A stretch of DNA of 58,844 nt from a virus (Duplodnaviria; Caudoviricetes). The DNA is taken from IMG/VR virus record IMGVR_UViG_3300031463_000546, positions 1-58,844 of that record. The stretch is one strand, 5' to 3'. The notes beneath the pieces were generated by a model. It was not told where the DNA came from, made no database searches, and saw only the letters and a program-made list of their open reading frames with translations. Of this stretch, positions 57,216 through 58,844 are shown in pieces; position 1 is the first letter of the stretch; every line of letters starts with the position of its first letter. The translations under genes were made by a program, and so were the position numbers.

Positions 57216-57994
57216 TCATAGGTAGGCACTCAAAGCGTCGCGCGAGTGAGATGGATGCGCTGGCCGATACCTTCATCCGGCTATTGCTTTGCTCGGAACA
57301 CCGAGGTCAGCATGCCACCGGTGTCGCCTGGGTGAAACGTGATGGCGCCATGCAAGTAGCAAAAGAGCCACTGCCTGCACGGTCATTCATCCAAGGTGAG
57401 GCATTTATCGACTGGCTGCTTGGCATCGACCGGCAGGTAACCTACCTGATGGGACATACACGTTGGCCGTCCCGTGGGAGCGTAACGAATACAGCGGAAA
57501 ATCACCCTATCAGCACGCCCCCCATCCTGCTGACCCACAACGGCACGATCACCGATCATGCCCGGCATTTCCGCCGGCTCGGGTTACCCCGCACCACCCA
57601 GGTGGACAGTGAACTGCTTGCCCGCCTGGCACAACACAATACCGCTTATAATAGTATCGACGTCGAAGGCTTCTTGGCCGGTTTGACCCAGTTAGAGGGG
57701 AGTATGAGCGCCGCACTGGTCGCCACCAGCCGCCCGGATGAGATATTGCTGCTGAAAGGCAACATGCCGCTCGAAGTCCGTTTCCACAGACGAAGACATC
57801 TACTCATCTATGCGTCTGAGTCCCGTATCCTCGATATGGCTATTGATAACGAGACAGGGTGGGAAGAGATGCCAATAGCTCCAGGTGAAGCGCTGGCGAT
57901 CAGTACTACTGCGATATACGACCCATGCCGGCATCAGTTTACTTTTCAGGGAATGGCACGACAAGCAACATGGATGCGTTATACTGGAGCATAG
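57194..57994 (+). CDS. Class II (Ntn) glutamine amidotransferase
   Basis: MCGLCG N-terminal Cys, RG..ATG, GHTR, NHP, HNGTI, DSE. Confidence 0.9.
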   Translation: MCGLCGVIIGRHSKRRASEMDALADTFIRLLLCSEHRGQHATGVAWVKRDGAMQVAKEPLPARSFIQGEAFIDWLLGIDRQVTYLMGHTRWPSRGSVTNTAENHPISTPPILLTHNGTITDHARHFRRLGLPRTTQVDSELLARLAQHNTAYNSIDVEGFLAGLTQLEGSMSAALVATSRPDEILLLKGNMPLEVRFHRRRHLLIYASESRILDMAIDNETGWEEMPIAPGEALAISTTAIYDPCRHQFTFQGMARQATWMRYTGA

Positions 57995-58040
57995 AGTCAG
58001 TACTGATTGGAATGATCGCAAGCTTGTGATAAGGACAGTT

Positions 58041-58070
58041 AGACCATGGTGCCCGGTAACACCATGGTCT
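58041..58070. terminator. 11-bp inverted repeat between convergent genes (terminator or att remnant)
   Basis: AGACCATGGTG-8nt-CACCATGGTCT. Confidence 0.55.
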
Positions 58071-58139
58071 TCTTGTATTCAAAACTGTTACAGCCTGACT
58101 TGACTGAACTTTTTATAGCCGGTTTTGCAGATGGAAAAT

Positions 58140-58844
58140 CTATATTCGACTTAGCACAGCAAATAATTCTTCTAGCATGCTTGTGTGCTTTTCGATCTCC
58201 TCAGCAGTTGGGGTGGTAAGGCCATGAACAACGTTGTTCCTAAAACTGCTTACGGCATCAAATGTCTCTCGTGCTTTCGGATCTATTTCAGAGAGAAAGT
58301 CCCTTTTCCAGTAGTATGCGAACTCACCATTCTTCGGTGGAAGCTTTTCTCTGAGTGCCTTCTCGAAAGCCGCCCATTTGATTATAAACTCTCCTAATCT
58401 ATCAAAGCCATCTTTGTAAGTGATGTCAAGGGTATCTCCAAATAGGTTCTCAAACAGAATACGTGCTAATTCTAGATACGTCTCAACTTTTGTATGCTCT
58501 ACGGTTATTCCATTCCCATCGTGGTACATCCTATTCCTAAGCCGATGATACCATTCGATATCATCAAGTGATATACCGATTAGTTTGTCAGAAGCAAATT
58601 CTTCAAGCAGATCAAGCAGTTTGGGAAAAGAATTTGTCGCTTCTTCTAATTGGGTCCTACTTGGGGATTTGGCGCCAGCATCACGAGTCCGTTTAGGCAA
58701 ACCGAGATATGTCTTTATCATCAACTCGACGGCATTATCGATGCTTATCATTGCAATGCGTCGGTCAAAGTCGCCTTTTTGACGGAAATGATCAACAGCA
58801 TGCTGAAGCAACTCTTTAGGCCCATCTGTCCAAGGCTTGGGCAT
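58140..58844 (-). CDS. Protein with two HEPN-like Rx4H motifs
   Basis: DNAVELMIK helix; RNRMYH and RNNVVH; AT-richer than the prophage. Confidence 0.7.
   Translation of the reverse strand: MPKPWTDGPKELLQHAVDHFRQKGDFDRRIAMISIDNAVELMIKTYLGLPKRTRDAGAKSPSRTQLEEATNSFPKLLDLLEEFASDKLIGISLDDIEWYHRLRNRMYHDGNGITVEHTKVETYLELARILFENLFGDTLDITYKDGFDRLGEFIIKWAAFEKALREKLPPKNGEFAYYWKRDFLSEIDPKARETFDAVSSFRNNVVHGLTTPTAEEIEKHTSMLEELFAVLSRI

Larger units (their letters stand above)
1..58100. mobile_element. Temperate prophage with contractile tail (myovirus-like); att sites not identified, boundaries approximate
   Basis: Integrase, terminase, portal, protease, capsid, sheath, tube, TMP, baseplate, fibres and endolysin are all present. 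Confidence 0.92.

Noticed and set aside
1-58844. tRNA, rRNA and attL/attR sites
   Set aside because: None recognised by eye; attL probably lies left of position 1 and serine-integrase cores are too short to call without an empty-site comparison

Overview
The window is essentially one temperate myovirus-like prophage (about 58 kb). It runs from a large serine recombinase at the left edge to an AT-richer double-HEPN gene at the right edge. Two arms diverge from a palindrome-containing control region at 14.1-14.4 kb. The minus arm holds half of the tail genes (split hub, tube, frameshifting chaperone, two PKD/Ig-rich proteins, tape measure, tube initiator, LysM/gpX) plus the integrase. The plus arm holds a sigma-like factor, a recombination/replication module, terminase, portal, head, neck, sheath, lysis, spike/PAAR, baseplate, two tail fibres and an amidoligase/GATase cluster. 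The most striking part is the head module, where two morphogenesis proteins carry enzyme cargo. (i) A ~1690-aa MuF protein has six HeH/Rho-N-like repeats, a HipA/PI3-4K-like kinase and a C-terminal ART-like domain, and is followed by two candidate immunity genes. (ii) Two tandem N6-adenine methyltransferase domains are fused in frame to the prohead protease and scaffold. Together these suggest a capsid-loaded set of effector and antirestriction enzymes (inference). An AT-richer RuvC-like + Ser/Thr kinase pair sits between them. All calls come from motif recognition by eye; no database searches were run.
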